Of a stretch of 20,000 nucleotides of DNA, positions 1 to 7,393 are shown one piece after another (within the stretch, counting starts at the first letter, position 1; each line of letters opens with the position of its first letter). A program made the translations under genes and the position numbers. Location: the IMG/VR virus record IMGVR_UViG_3300017992_000022; one strand, given 5' to 3'. The notes below the pieces were generated by a model. It was not told the origin of the DNA and did no database searches. It was given only the letters and a program-made list of their open reading frames with translations. The stretch is from an uncultured virus (IMG/VR IMGVR_UViG_3300017992_000022). Its lineage: Duplodnaviria; Heunggongvirae; Uroviricota; Caudoviricetes.

Positions 1-1
1 C

Positions 2-118
2 GTGGAAACGGAAAAAGAGGCCAGGGAAATGTGCCGGAGATCTAACCGAGACAGAACTACGTCTCAGGTTCGGCTCGGTTTCAAATACGAGTACACAAGG
101 AGCGCCTTATGGGGATGA
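2..118 (+). CDS. 3' end of hypothetical protein (partial, runs off left edge)
   Basis: Open frame VETEKEAREMCRRSNRDRTTSQVRLGFKYEYTRSALWG* ends at TGA 116-118, overlapping the next ATG (ATGA). Confidence 0.7.
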   Translation: METEKEAREMCRRSNRDRTTSQVRLGFKYEYTRSALWG

Positions 119-381
119 AGTTTAGAGACACCCTCACTGACGAAGAATACGACAGCGACGATCTACCCGTGCGGGTACTATCGAGCGCGGCCGGCTACTA
201 CATCGGGCAGCTCGAGCCCTGCGGGGCTCCATTCAGCAGGCTGTCCGACTACTACAAGAAGCGTGAAGATGCGGAGCGGGACCTGGAGCAGGGCTGGGTC
301 GACCGCGGGGCGCCGGAGAACGCCCCGGTGATGGCCGGTTTGGAGAAGGCTGGCAAGCTCAAGACGAAACCACTCAACTAG
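115..381 (+). CDS. Hypothetical protein
   Basis: ATGA overlap at 115 (alternative ATG 109); GC3-rich codons; core VLSSAAGYYIG...PFSRLSDYY. Confidence 0.8.
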   Translation: MKFRDTLTDEEYDSDDLPVRVLSSAAGYYIGQLEPCGAPFSRLSDYYKKREDAERDLEQGWVDRGAPENAPVMAGLEKAGKLKTKPLN

Positions 382-390
382 GAGGAGATC

Positions 391-1062
391 ATGTTCTATT
401 GCGAGGGCTGTGCGAAGAAGCACGGCTACCCGTTCGAGTTCGACATGCTGATGTTGCGCGGGCCGTGTGAGATCTGCAAGGAGACAAAAGCCTGCGTGGA
501 CGTACCGTGCAGCCAACTTCCGAAGAAGTTCAGGAAGAAGGACGGCATGCCGATGCCGCTGCCCACGGACGAGCCGCAGGTCGTGTCGTGCGAGACCTGC
601 GGTGAGCCCACCCAGTACACCGGCACGAAGCGCTGCAACAACTGCTACGAGGTCGAGTCCCGCCTGGACAGGTACCTCCAGAACCCCAAGGCCTGGGCGC
701 TCATCGTCCGCAAGATACGCGAGGGCGAGCTGAAGCAGGGCGCGGCCGAGGCCATCGAGCACTTCGACGAGGACGAGCTCGAGGAGTACTCGTCCCAGCT
801 GGAACAGGCCAGGGCTGACGTGCTGAACGGCCACATCGACGACATCCGAGGCTGGATCACGGCCAACGAGATGGACGAGCTGCGGGCCTTCCTCAACAGC
901 GCCTTGGACCTCGACCGCATGACGCTGGGGGAGATCAGGGCCAGGTTCGAGAGCTACATCGACCACCAGGTGTGCCCGCACGGGGAGCCCCTGGGCGACT
1001 GCACGGCGTGCGACGTAGCAGGGGACCTAGCCTACGATGCGGCCAGGGAAGACAGGCCATGA
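391..1062 (+). CDS. Multi-module Cys-rich (putative Zn-finger) protein
   Basis: RBS AGGAGGAG; CxxC pairs CEGC, CEIC, CETC, CNNC and CPH..CTAC; strong GC3 bias. Confidence 0.85.
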   Translation: MFYCEGCAKKHGYPFEFDMLMLRGPCEICKETKACVDVPCSQLPKKFRKKDGMPMPLPTDEPQVVSCETCGEPTQYTGTKRCNNCYEVESRLDRYLQNPKAWALIVRKIREGELKQGAAEAIEHFDEDELEEYSSQLEQARADVLNGHIDDIRGWITANEMDELRAFLNSALDLDRMTLGEIRARFESYIDHQVCPHGEPLGDCTACDVAGDLAYDAAREDRP

Positions 1063-1250
1063 AACGTTGCGGGGAGTGCGACAACTGCAAGGAGCTAGAG
1101 CGTGTAAAGGCATCAGTGCTCAAGGTTGTGAATCCTCCTTGCAGCAAGCCTTCAGCGTACTGGCCATACGCTTGCGCTGATGACGGAGTGATCGAATTCT
1201 GGAACAGGGAACTAGAGCGCTTACCTTGTACGGAGAGGGATGATGTTTGA
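1059..1250 (+). CDS. Small Cys-rich hypothetical protein (63 aa)
   Basis: ATGA overlap with the previous stop; begins MKRCGECDNC. Confidence 0.7.
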   Translation: MKRCGECDNCKELERVKASVLKVVNPPCSKPSAYWPYACADDGVIEFWNRELERLPCTERDDV

Positions 1251-1575
1251 ATCGTGTTGTTGCACCTACGACTACCACGGCCCAGAGGTGTGCCGCACCG
1301 AAATACGCCGAGCGGCCAAAGAGCATCGTTGCTGTGAGTGTGGCGCGACGATCAAGGTCGGAGAGCGACACCAGTACGTCACTGGCAAATGGGATGGCTT
1401 CTGGGACGCGTACCGCACGTGTATGCCGTGCAAGGCGGTACGCGACGATCGCATGTCGTGCGGGTGGGCCTACGGTAGACTATGGGAGGACCTGCGCGAG
1501 TGCCTCGGCGGGTACTGCGACTGTGATGATGAGCCGTGCACCTGCGACGACTGGCTGTGCCCGGAGGAGGAGTAG
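1240..1575 (+). CDS. Cys-rich putative Zn-binding phage protein
   Basis: RBS GGAGAGG; motif RAAKEHRCCECG..I..GE...Y..GKWDG....RTCMPC plus Cys-rich termini. Confidence 0.85.
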   Translation: MMFESCCCTYDYHGPEVCRTEIRRAAKEHRCCECGATIKVGERHQYVTGKWDGFWDAYRTCMPCKAVRDDRMSCGWAYGRLWEDLRECLGGYCDCDDEPCTCDDWLCPEEE

Positions 1576-1576
1576 A

Positions 1577-1876
1577 ATGAACGGACCGAGATTCTTTCAG
1601 ACAGGCATGGGAAGAACGTTCTACGAAGGTACGATGCCTAAGCTCGTCAAACAGCTCAAGCGACTTAACGACAACCTAGAGAGTAAATCTCCGAAACAAG
1701 AAGAGTCGGTCTTCGTCAAGCAGTGTCACTTGATCAAGTTCGCCAGGCTTCTTTGCTCGATCAAAGAACACTGCGAAATGGAAGGCTTCGACCAAGTCAT
1801 GGAGTCCCTGGATCTAGGCGACGAGGATGTAAACGAAATCTTTGGCATAGCAGAGAAATACAAGGACAAGCAGTAG
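1577..1876 (+). CDS. Hypothetical protein (99 aa)
   Basis: RBS GGAGGAGGAG then ATG 1577 (MNGPRFFQTGMGRTFYEGTMPKLV); the upstream part of the 1247 ORF is an off-frame shadow of the previous gene. Confidence 0.8.
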   Translation: MNGPRFFQTGMGRTFYEGTMPKLVKQLKRLNDNLESKSPKQEESVFVKQCHLIKFARLLCSIKEHCEMEGFDQVMESLDLGDEDVNEIFGIAEKYKDKQ

Positions 1877-1922
1877 GTCGGTATAAGGCTTGTGACGATC
1901 GAGACATTTGCTTGGAGAGAAA

Positions 1923-3434
1923 ATGCTGAAACCGCCTAGGAGCAAAAAGCTCTTTGTCGAGCTGGAACGAGAAGGAAAGAACAACACACAGATGTGGAGA
2001 GGGTGGGTGGACGGCAACAAGGTCATCTCCCAATGGGGGATGAAAGACGGCAAGATCCAACAGACCATCGACGTCCCGGGGTCTAAGGGGAAGAAGGACA
2101 CCAAAGCCTACATCGACCCAGAGCAAGCTGCGTTCGATCAACTAGTCCGCGACACCAAAAAGAAAGTGCAGAAAGGCTACGAGATTACGGTATGCCCCTC
2201 CAGAGGGTCCTTTGCGAACATCTTAGCCGAAGAAATCAGCGACGTAGTACAAGCGACAGAGATCACCTTCGACGGTCCTCTGTCGCACAACATCGCTTTC
2301 TCCAAGCCCATCAACTCTGTAGAACCCAAGAAGCTAATGAAGCTATCTGCGAGGTCCGACAGTAAGGGCATAGGAGGTCCTCCACTCGCATGGACCGTCA
2401 AGAAGAATGGCATGTGCTACATAGTGTCCAAAGACAAGCAAGGACGTGTTTGGATCCAAAGCCGCGGGAAACTCATCGTGGAGAACAAGAAGTTCCTCCA
2501 TCTCGAGACTCAGTTCGACGACTTTCTTCCTCCAGAGTCTATCCTCCTATGTGAGTTCTACATGGGCGAAGGTAAGGCTAAAGCCGACTTCAAGCTGATG
2601 CAACAGATCTCCAACTCGTTGGAGGAAAGGGCAGTACGACTCCAAGACGAACTGGGTTACGCACACGCGTATGTGTTCCGTGTCCCTTTTTGGTGTGGCG
2701 AGAACATGGAGAAAGACCACGCTTGCACCAGATGGCTCGGATTCCTCGACAAGATGCTAGATGGTTGGCATGACGACTCACGACCGATCGACAAACACCA
2801 GCCAGGACTAACTGAGTTCAGCTACATCCACGGACTCGCCATCTCAGAAGCTACGTACGAGTCAGCTATCGAAGAGATGAACGAGTTCGGGTATGAAGGC
2901 TACGTGGTTTACGATTGTTGGGGGTCGCTAGGTGAGAAGCACCTATCCTTTCTAGGCCAACCAGATCGCCCCAACGTATGCTGGAAGGTCAAGCGTGCTT
3001 TAGAAGACGATTTCGTAGCCTTGTGGGATCCCAATGGCCGCCCCGAGCATTGCACGTCGAAGTGCCGCATCCCAAATCGAGAAGCAGAGGACAAGCAAGA
3101 AGAGACTGGAAAGTGCTGCGTGTGTGGAAAGAAGCTCAAGCCGAACGGAACATGGGGCACTGGAAAAAACAAGAAGCGAGTTGGAACGCTTTCGCTCTAT
3201 CAGTTTGGAAGCGACGGAGTCCTCCGCTACATCTGTGAAGTCAGCTCAGGCCTCACGGACGCGGACAAACAGGACATAGCAGACGAGGGCGAATTCTTCG
3301 GTGTAGTCCAAGTCGGGTACCAAGATCGCGGCTTCATCACTTTGGGCGATGACTCCAACGCACTCACCCATCCCAAGGTGCTCGAATTTCGTGGTGACAA
3401 AGAACCGGGAGAGTGCAAAAACAAGGATGTCTGA
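1923..3434 (+). CDS. ATP-dependent DNA ligase, divergent, with N-terminal WGR-like domain and C-terminal OB fold
   Basis: Nucleotidyltransferase motifs in order: I TVKKNG, Ia QSRG, III LLCEFY, IIIa YVFRVP, IV YEGYVV, V WKVK; OB-fold GTGKN..RVG, EVSSGLTD, and motif VI HPKVLEFRGDK; N-terminal W..WVDGN....WG...GK.Q...KKVQKGY. RBS GGAGAG before ATG 1923. Confidence 0.85.
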   Translation: MLKPPRSKKLFVELEREGKNNTQMWRGWVDGNKVISQWGMKDGKIQQTIDVPGSKGKKDTKAYIDPEQAAFDQLVRDTKKKVQKGYEITVCPSRGSFANILAEEISDVVQATEITFDGPLSHNIAFSKPINSVEPKKLMKLSARSDSKGIGGPPLAWTVKKNGMCYIVSKDKQGRVWIQSRGKLIVENKKFLHLETQFDDFLPPESILLCEFYMGEGKAKADFKLMQQISNSLEERAVRLQDELGYAHAYVFRVPFWCGENMEKDHACTRWLGFLDKMLDGWHDDSRPIDKHQPGLTEFSYIHGLAISEATYESAIEEMNEFGYEGYVVYDCWGSLGEKHLSFLGQPDRPNVCWKVKRALEDDFVALWDPNGRPEHCTSKCRIPNREAEDKQEETGKCCVCGKKLKPNGTWGTGKNKKRVGTLSLYQFGSDGVLRYICEVSSGLTDADKQDIADEGEFFGVVQVGYQDRGFITLGDDSNALTHPKVLEFRGDKEPGECKNKDV

Positions 3435-3436
3435 AA

Positions 3437-4057
3437 ATGGAACACATCCCGATATGTGCGTGTGGCTGCGTGATGCGGCTCTCTTCAAACGAGAACTACT
3501 ACTATTGCCCAAAGTGTGAGGTTCCCGTTTACGCACCAAGTGAAGAAGATGAAACTTGCGATAGCGAGATATGTGATAACTGTAATGGCCTGGGATACCT
3601 CTTCCCATGGGGTGACGACACGGGCCTGGCCTGTGTCGAGCGATGCGATATCTGCAAAAAGTTCACAGATGACGACGAAGCAGCAATTGAGCTGTGCGTA
3701 GATCTCCAGAAGAAAGTCGGTACACGATACACTGTGTCCAGAATCGTTTTGCCGGGCCACAGCACGGAAGACCCCGGTTCGGTACGCAGCGTTGTGATGG
3801 AGCTAGAACGGGCAAACGAAGACAGTGTCACCTACACCGTTTTGGACTTTGAAGATGGGGCGGCGTTAGAGAAGAAACTCCGCCGCCCCGACATAGAAGA
3901 CTTCATAAAGGCCGCCAAAGAACACGGGGAGCTCTCTGAATCAGATCACGAAGTAGGAGACCTGCAAGGCATGCTCCGCAAAGCTTGGGAGCTGCTCCCG
4001 GACCGCGGTCGCCGAAAGTTAGCCGAGGCTCACGAAGAACTCTTGCAATGGAAATAG
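3437..4057 (+). CDS. Cys-rich hypothetical protein
   Basis: ATG 3437 after the ligase stop; CACG..M...YYCPKC Zn-ribbon, CDNC and CDIC pairs, helical C-terminal module. Confidence 0.8.
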   Translation: MEHIPICACGCVMRLSSNENYYYCPKCEVPVYAPSEEDETCDSEICDNCNGLGYLFPWGDDTGLACVERCDICKKFTDDDEAAIELCVDLQKKVGTRYTVSRIVLPGHSTEDPGSVRSVVMELERANEDSVTYTVLDFEDGAALEKKLRRPDIEDFIKAAKEHGELSESDHEVGDLQGMLRKAWELLPDRGRRKLAEAHEELLQWK

Positions 4058-4062
4058 CTACC

Positions 4063-4575
4063 ATGACCAACATCTACCGCATGAGGGGCGAGGAAGCTAC
4101 TAACATGATCGAGCAGCTACGGGTGGAAGTGTGTTGGCCTAAGTTCGAGCTCCTTCAAATGGTCAGGGAGATCGTTCAGCCGTCCGTGGGACGGCTGCCG
4201 AGGAAGAACCCGAAGATCTTCGAGATGCACCTAGCAGATCTTCTATCCGATGTCTCCCGCGTCGGTGACGGAACATATGCCCGAGAGGTCTTCTGGAAGC
4301 TGGTGGAGAAAGCACCCTTCCGCATCAAGCTCGACAACCTCGACGACCGTGAGGGCTGTGTGATGGTCGACGCTGAGAGTAAGATCTTGGCCGTCCACGA
4401 CCAGTCCATCGCCGGAGCACACTGGGAGGCCCCCGACGACATGGACGGGGCCTACGCTATGCCAGGTGACCGTCCGGGTCTGCTCGAGGAGCTCAGGAAA
4501 GAGGGCTACGAGATCGACGACAGCGAGTACTGGTGTCTGACCGACTTTGATCGAGAAGGCGATGAGATAAGATGA
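4063..4575 (+). CDS. Hypothetical protein (start uncertain, 4048 or 4063)
   Basis: GC3-rich ORF, acidic C-terminus, ATGA overlap with the next gene. Confidence 0.75.
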   Translation: MTNIYRMRGEEATNMIEQLRVEVCWPKFELLQMVREIVQPSVGRLPRKNPKIFEMHLADLLSDVSRVGDGTYAREVFWKLVEKAPFRIKLDNLDDREGCVMVDAESKILAVHDQSIAGAHWEAPDDMDGAYAMPGDRPGLLEELRKEGYEIDDSEYWCLTDFDREGDEIR

Positions 4576-5171
4576 AAAGAGATCACAAGGCCTTCTCAAT
4601 CGTCCAAAGGTTTAGACGCGAGTGGAATAAACTGAAACGAGAAATGAATCGGGAAGAATTAGTAGAGCTAGAAAAAGAGCTTCGGAAGATCGCAAATGTC
4701 GTAAGGTCATACCGTGCTGAAACGTTCAAGCCAGACGGCCGAACAAGATGCGCGGAGTCCGGTTGCAACAGGTGGGCAAAGAAAGGATCTGAATTGTGCA
4801 CCCATCACTTCCGGCACACCTGTAGACTATGCGAAAACGAATTTGCTGCGTGTGACGTACCACGATACAGCAAGCCAGCCAAGATCCTATGCCCTGATTG
4901 TTTAGGGCTGAATCTGACTCCGCGGGACATCCGCTACTTGGCAGACATGGAACCGAGTAGGAGGAAGGATCTAGTGCGACACATCAAGAAGGAAGACTAC
5001 AGCGTCACTGCGGCGTCGTTGTTCCTGTTACAAGAAACGATTGGACAAACAGACCGTCTTCTTGACACCTCGATGGGCTGCTCAGTTTCGAAATCTGTAT
5101 GCAGTGTCTGCAAGGCTCCATTCGACAACGAGGAGAAGTGCCTATGCGCTATCGATCCAAAAACCTTGTGA
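4572..5171 (+). CDS. Coiled-coil plus Cys/His-rich hypothetical protein
   Basis: ATGA overlap; CAESGC..LCTHH, CRLC..LCPDC and CSVC motifs. Confidence 0.8.
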   Translation: MKRDHKAFSIVQRFRREWNKLKREMNREELVELEKELRKIANVVRSYRAETFKPDGRTRCAESGCNRWAKKGSELCTHHFRHTCRLCENEFAACDVPRYSKPAKILCPDCLGLNLTPRDIRYLADMEPSRRKDLVRHIKKEDYSVTAASLFLLQETIGQTDRLLDTSMGCSVSKSVCSVCKAPFDNEEKCLCAIDPKTL

Positions 5172-5431
5172 TCATCAAGAAGCTGCGCTGGTATCACAGG
5201 GTACGGCACCTCATCCTCACCTTCTTCGGAAAGGAGTGCTACGCCTGCGAGGTGGTCGACGAGGAGAACTACTGTCTCAAGGTGATGCGTGTCTGGCTAT
5301 GTCCCAGCTGCTTGCGCTACGTAGGCTATGACCGCGGATGCGACCACGAGGACCCTGAGGAGTCGAAGCTCTGTGACGACTGCTGGAGCGAGAGGAGAGA
5401 CAAGATTGCCCAAGAAAAAGCTACCCAGTAA
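5168..5431 (+). CDS. Small Cys-rich protein
   Basis: GTGA overlap at 5168; CYAC, LCPSC and LCDDCW motifs; GC3-rich. Confidence 0.75.
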   Translation: MIIKKLRWYHRVRHLILTFFGKECYACEVVDEENYCLKVMRVWLCPSCLRYVGYDRGCDHEDPEESKLCDDCWSERRDKIAQEKATQ

Positions 5432-6212
5432 GCTGCTAACCGAGGTCCTGCTTCCCGATGTGACTATCTCTAACAAAGAAGTCAAGAGGAAGATCAAGCA
5501 TCGACAACAAGAAATCCGATCTGGTAAGACGTGGGCCCCGGCTCAAACGCACAAGATCTGTAAAAGCTGTAGAGGCCAATGCTGTTTCTTGTCCTCAGTC
5601 GTCCTAGATCGAGAAGCTGTGGACAGAAGGCTTCATGAGTTCAAAGGTGACTACACCTACGACGGGGCCGTCACTGCTCGAGCCTTGGAAGATCTAAACC
5701 GTAAGAACACCAAAGCTCCCATCCTCAAGAGGCGCGATGATGGGAGCTGCATCTACTTCGATCGAAAGAAACGAAGCTGCACCATCTACAGGCGCAGGCC
5801 CCATGCATGCAAAGCCTTCTTCTGTGGACGCGGGACCAAACGACCCCGGATTTGGCAACAGATTAGAATAACGGAGAAGGACCAAAGGCGCCGGAAGAAA
5901 AACAAGGAGGCGAAATTAAGAAAGATCTATCAGACGAAGAAAGATGCGTGGAAGCCAAACAGAGAAATGCCGATGCTCGCCGCCATCCTAGCCGGGGAGA
6001 AGCTCTGGAACAGCGGAGCTCCGGCCCTGGTGCAAAAGAACGAGATGGAGAAGGTGGCCGCAATGATCCGTGAAGAGCACGACTACATGCTCGAGCACGA
6101 GCCGCAGGACCAGTTCCACGCCTGCGTTCTCCTCGGAGCGCTCAACGTTATCGAAGCTGCCTTGAGTCGTCGAAAGACGATACGGATTACGATTCAGGCC
6201 CCGCTGAACTGA
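5406..6212 (+). CDS. YkgJ-family (CxxCxxxCC) cysteine-cluster protein with extra C-terminal domain
   Basis: CKSCRGQCC ... GSCIYFD..KRSCTIYRRRPHACKAFFC in the canonical YkgJ order; probable TTG start at 5406 after AGGAGAG. Confidence 0.8.
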   Translation: MPKKKLPSKLLTEVLLPDVTISNKEVKRKIKHRQQEIRSGKTWAPAQTHKICKSCRGQCCFLSSVVLDREAVDRRLHEFKGDYTYDGAVTARALEDLNRKNTKAPILKRRDDGSCIYFDRKKRSCTIYRRRPHACKAFFCGRGTKRPRIWQQIRITEKDQRRRKKNKEAKLRKIYQTKKDAWKPNREMPMLAAILAGEKLWNSGAPALVQKNEMEKVAAMIREEHDYMLEHEPQDQFHACVLLGALNVIEAALSRRKTIRITIQAPLN

Positions 6213-6258
6213 TCGACAATGGTGTGGACCAGTTCGTGGACCGGTGGGGTCATAAACC

Positions 6259-6320
6259 GTCCCCCCCGCCCAGAATCGCAGGCCAGCGAGTGAGGATTTT
6301 CCTCTCTGGGCGGGGGGGAC
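6259..6320. repeat. Perfect 16-bp inverted repeat enclosing two small hairpins
   Basis: GTCCCCCCCGCCCAGA (6259-6274) is the exact reverse complement of TCTGGGCGGGGGGGAC (6305-6320); intergenic. Confidence 0.9.
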
Positions 6321-6341
6321 TTACTGAGATCTGAGGTGACT

Positions 6342-6698
6342 ATGGCAGACGCAGTAGATCGCCGCGAGTTGACGGCAGAAACCATCGCTTGGATCGCGAA
6401 TGACACGTACCTGAACAAGAAAATCGTACCGAGGATCAAATCGTTACCGAGGGACGTCCGACTCGTCTTAATAGACTTGCTCAACAAAGCCGCGCTTCTG
6501 AGCAAGGAAGCTGAAAAGAGTACTTCGGCGATGTTGGCAGATGATGCTCGAAACATCGCTCGAGAGGTGTCTACCTACGTCTGTGGGTGGTACAAGTCAT
6601 TTCCATCGCACTGGATGGACAGAGCTGAGGTAGTATTGAAAGAAGAGGAGCCGGAATATTTGCTCTACAAGGAACTCAAAAAACAGTTCGAGGGATAG
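6342..6698 (+). CDS. Hypothetical protein
   Basis: RBS GAGGTG before ATG 6342; helical protein ending EYLLYKELKKQFEG. Confidence 0.8.
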   Translation: MADAVDRRELTAETIAWIANDTYLNKKIVPRIKSLPRDVRLVLIDLLNKAALLSKEAEKSTSAMLADDARNIAREVSTYVCGWYKSFPSHWMDRAEVVLKEEEPEYLLYKELKKQFEG

Positions 6699-6699
6699 A

Positions 6700-7149
6700 A
6701 TGCAAAAGAGGGTGCTTCCACCTTCCGTGAAGCTCATAAAATTCGGAGAGCGCTGTGCTCATTTGGAACCGTACGAGCTGGAGAGGTACTTGCTCCTAAC
6801 ACCCCATCCAAATTTGGGGTCCTCCCCCTGGTGGAATGTGAAAGTCGAGGTATCAGACAACGACTCCGCTTGTGTGACCGCCCTCGTAGATCCAATTATT
6901 GCAGAGATCTCCGATTTGAACACGATCAGCCTCAGAAAGTTCTTGCGGGAGTTGATCTCTGGTTTGCAGAAATACGACATTGTCCCAGCACACGGCCCGG
7001 ACAAGAAGTACGTGTTCAAAATCAAAGTCCGCTACAAGAAAAAACAAGTACTGGGAACGCTGCTACTGGGCGGGAGGAGAGATGAGGACGACCGCCCTGC
7101 CCACCAAGACGACTGCCCGTACTGCCCTTCTGGATACCATATCGATTGA
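6700..7149 (+). CDS. Hypothetical protein with C-terminal HxxxCPYC motif
   Basis: RBS GAGGG; last gene of the + strand block. Confidence 0.75.
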   Translation: MQKRVLPPSVKLIKFGERCAHLEPYELERYLLLTPHPNLGSSPWWNVKVEVSDNDSACVTALVDPIIAEISDLNTISLRKFLRELISGLQKYDIVPAHGPDKKYVFKIKVRYKKKQVLGTLLLGGRRDEDDRPAHQDDCPYCPSGYHID

Positions 7150-7189
7150 GCACCTAGGACGGGTGCTCCGAGGGAGGATTTTTCTCCCT
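7148..7189. terminator. Tandem hairpins at the convergent junction (probable bidirectional terminator)
   Basis: GAGCACC/GGTGCTC (7148-7168) and AGGGAG/CTCCCT (7171-7189) fill the 43-nt gap between converging stop codons; no long U-tract. Confidence 0.55.
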
Positions 7190-7192
7190 TAG

Positions 7193-7393
7193 CTAGAACG
7201 CAAGATCGGCAAACTCACGCCCGCAACGGGTGCATCGGTAAATGGACCCTCCAGTAGTCTCCACCTTCACTGCGTAGCCGATCCCGCATCCCAAACAACG
7301 GACCTTGTTAACACCAGCATAATGCCGAGTCTTGACCAAGTTCACCTTGCGGCCCTGAGTTCCTTTGACTACACTTTTGCTCTTCTTTGCCAT
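7193..7393 (-). CDS. Small basic Zn-ribbon protein
   Basis: CLGCG ... YRCTRCG; RBS GGAGG; TGATG overlap. Confidence 0.8.
   Translation of the reverse strand: MAKKSKSVVKGTQGRKVNLVKTRHYAGVNKVRCLGCGIGYAVKVETTGGSIYRCTRCGREFADLAF

Noticed and set aside
178..981. 267-aa minus-strand ORF
   Set aside because: Antisense shadow of GC3-rich plus-strand genes that have clear RBSs and motifs.
1877..1922. Possible promoter (GGTATAAG) upstream of the ligase
   Set aside because: No matching -35 element and no convincing second copy in the window.
6224..6259. Resemblance to the 5' half of initiator tRNA-fMet (GTGGAcCAGTTCG...GGGgTCATAAaCCG)
   Set aside because: The D-stem and anticodon stem do not pair, and no T-arm or acceptor stem follows. 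At most a decayed relic; the comparison is from memory and needs tRNAscan or Infernal.
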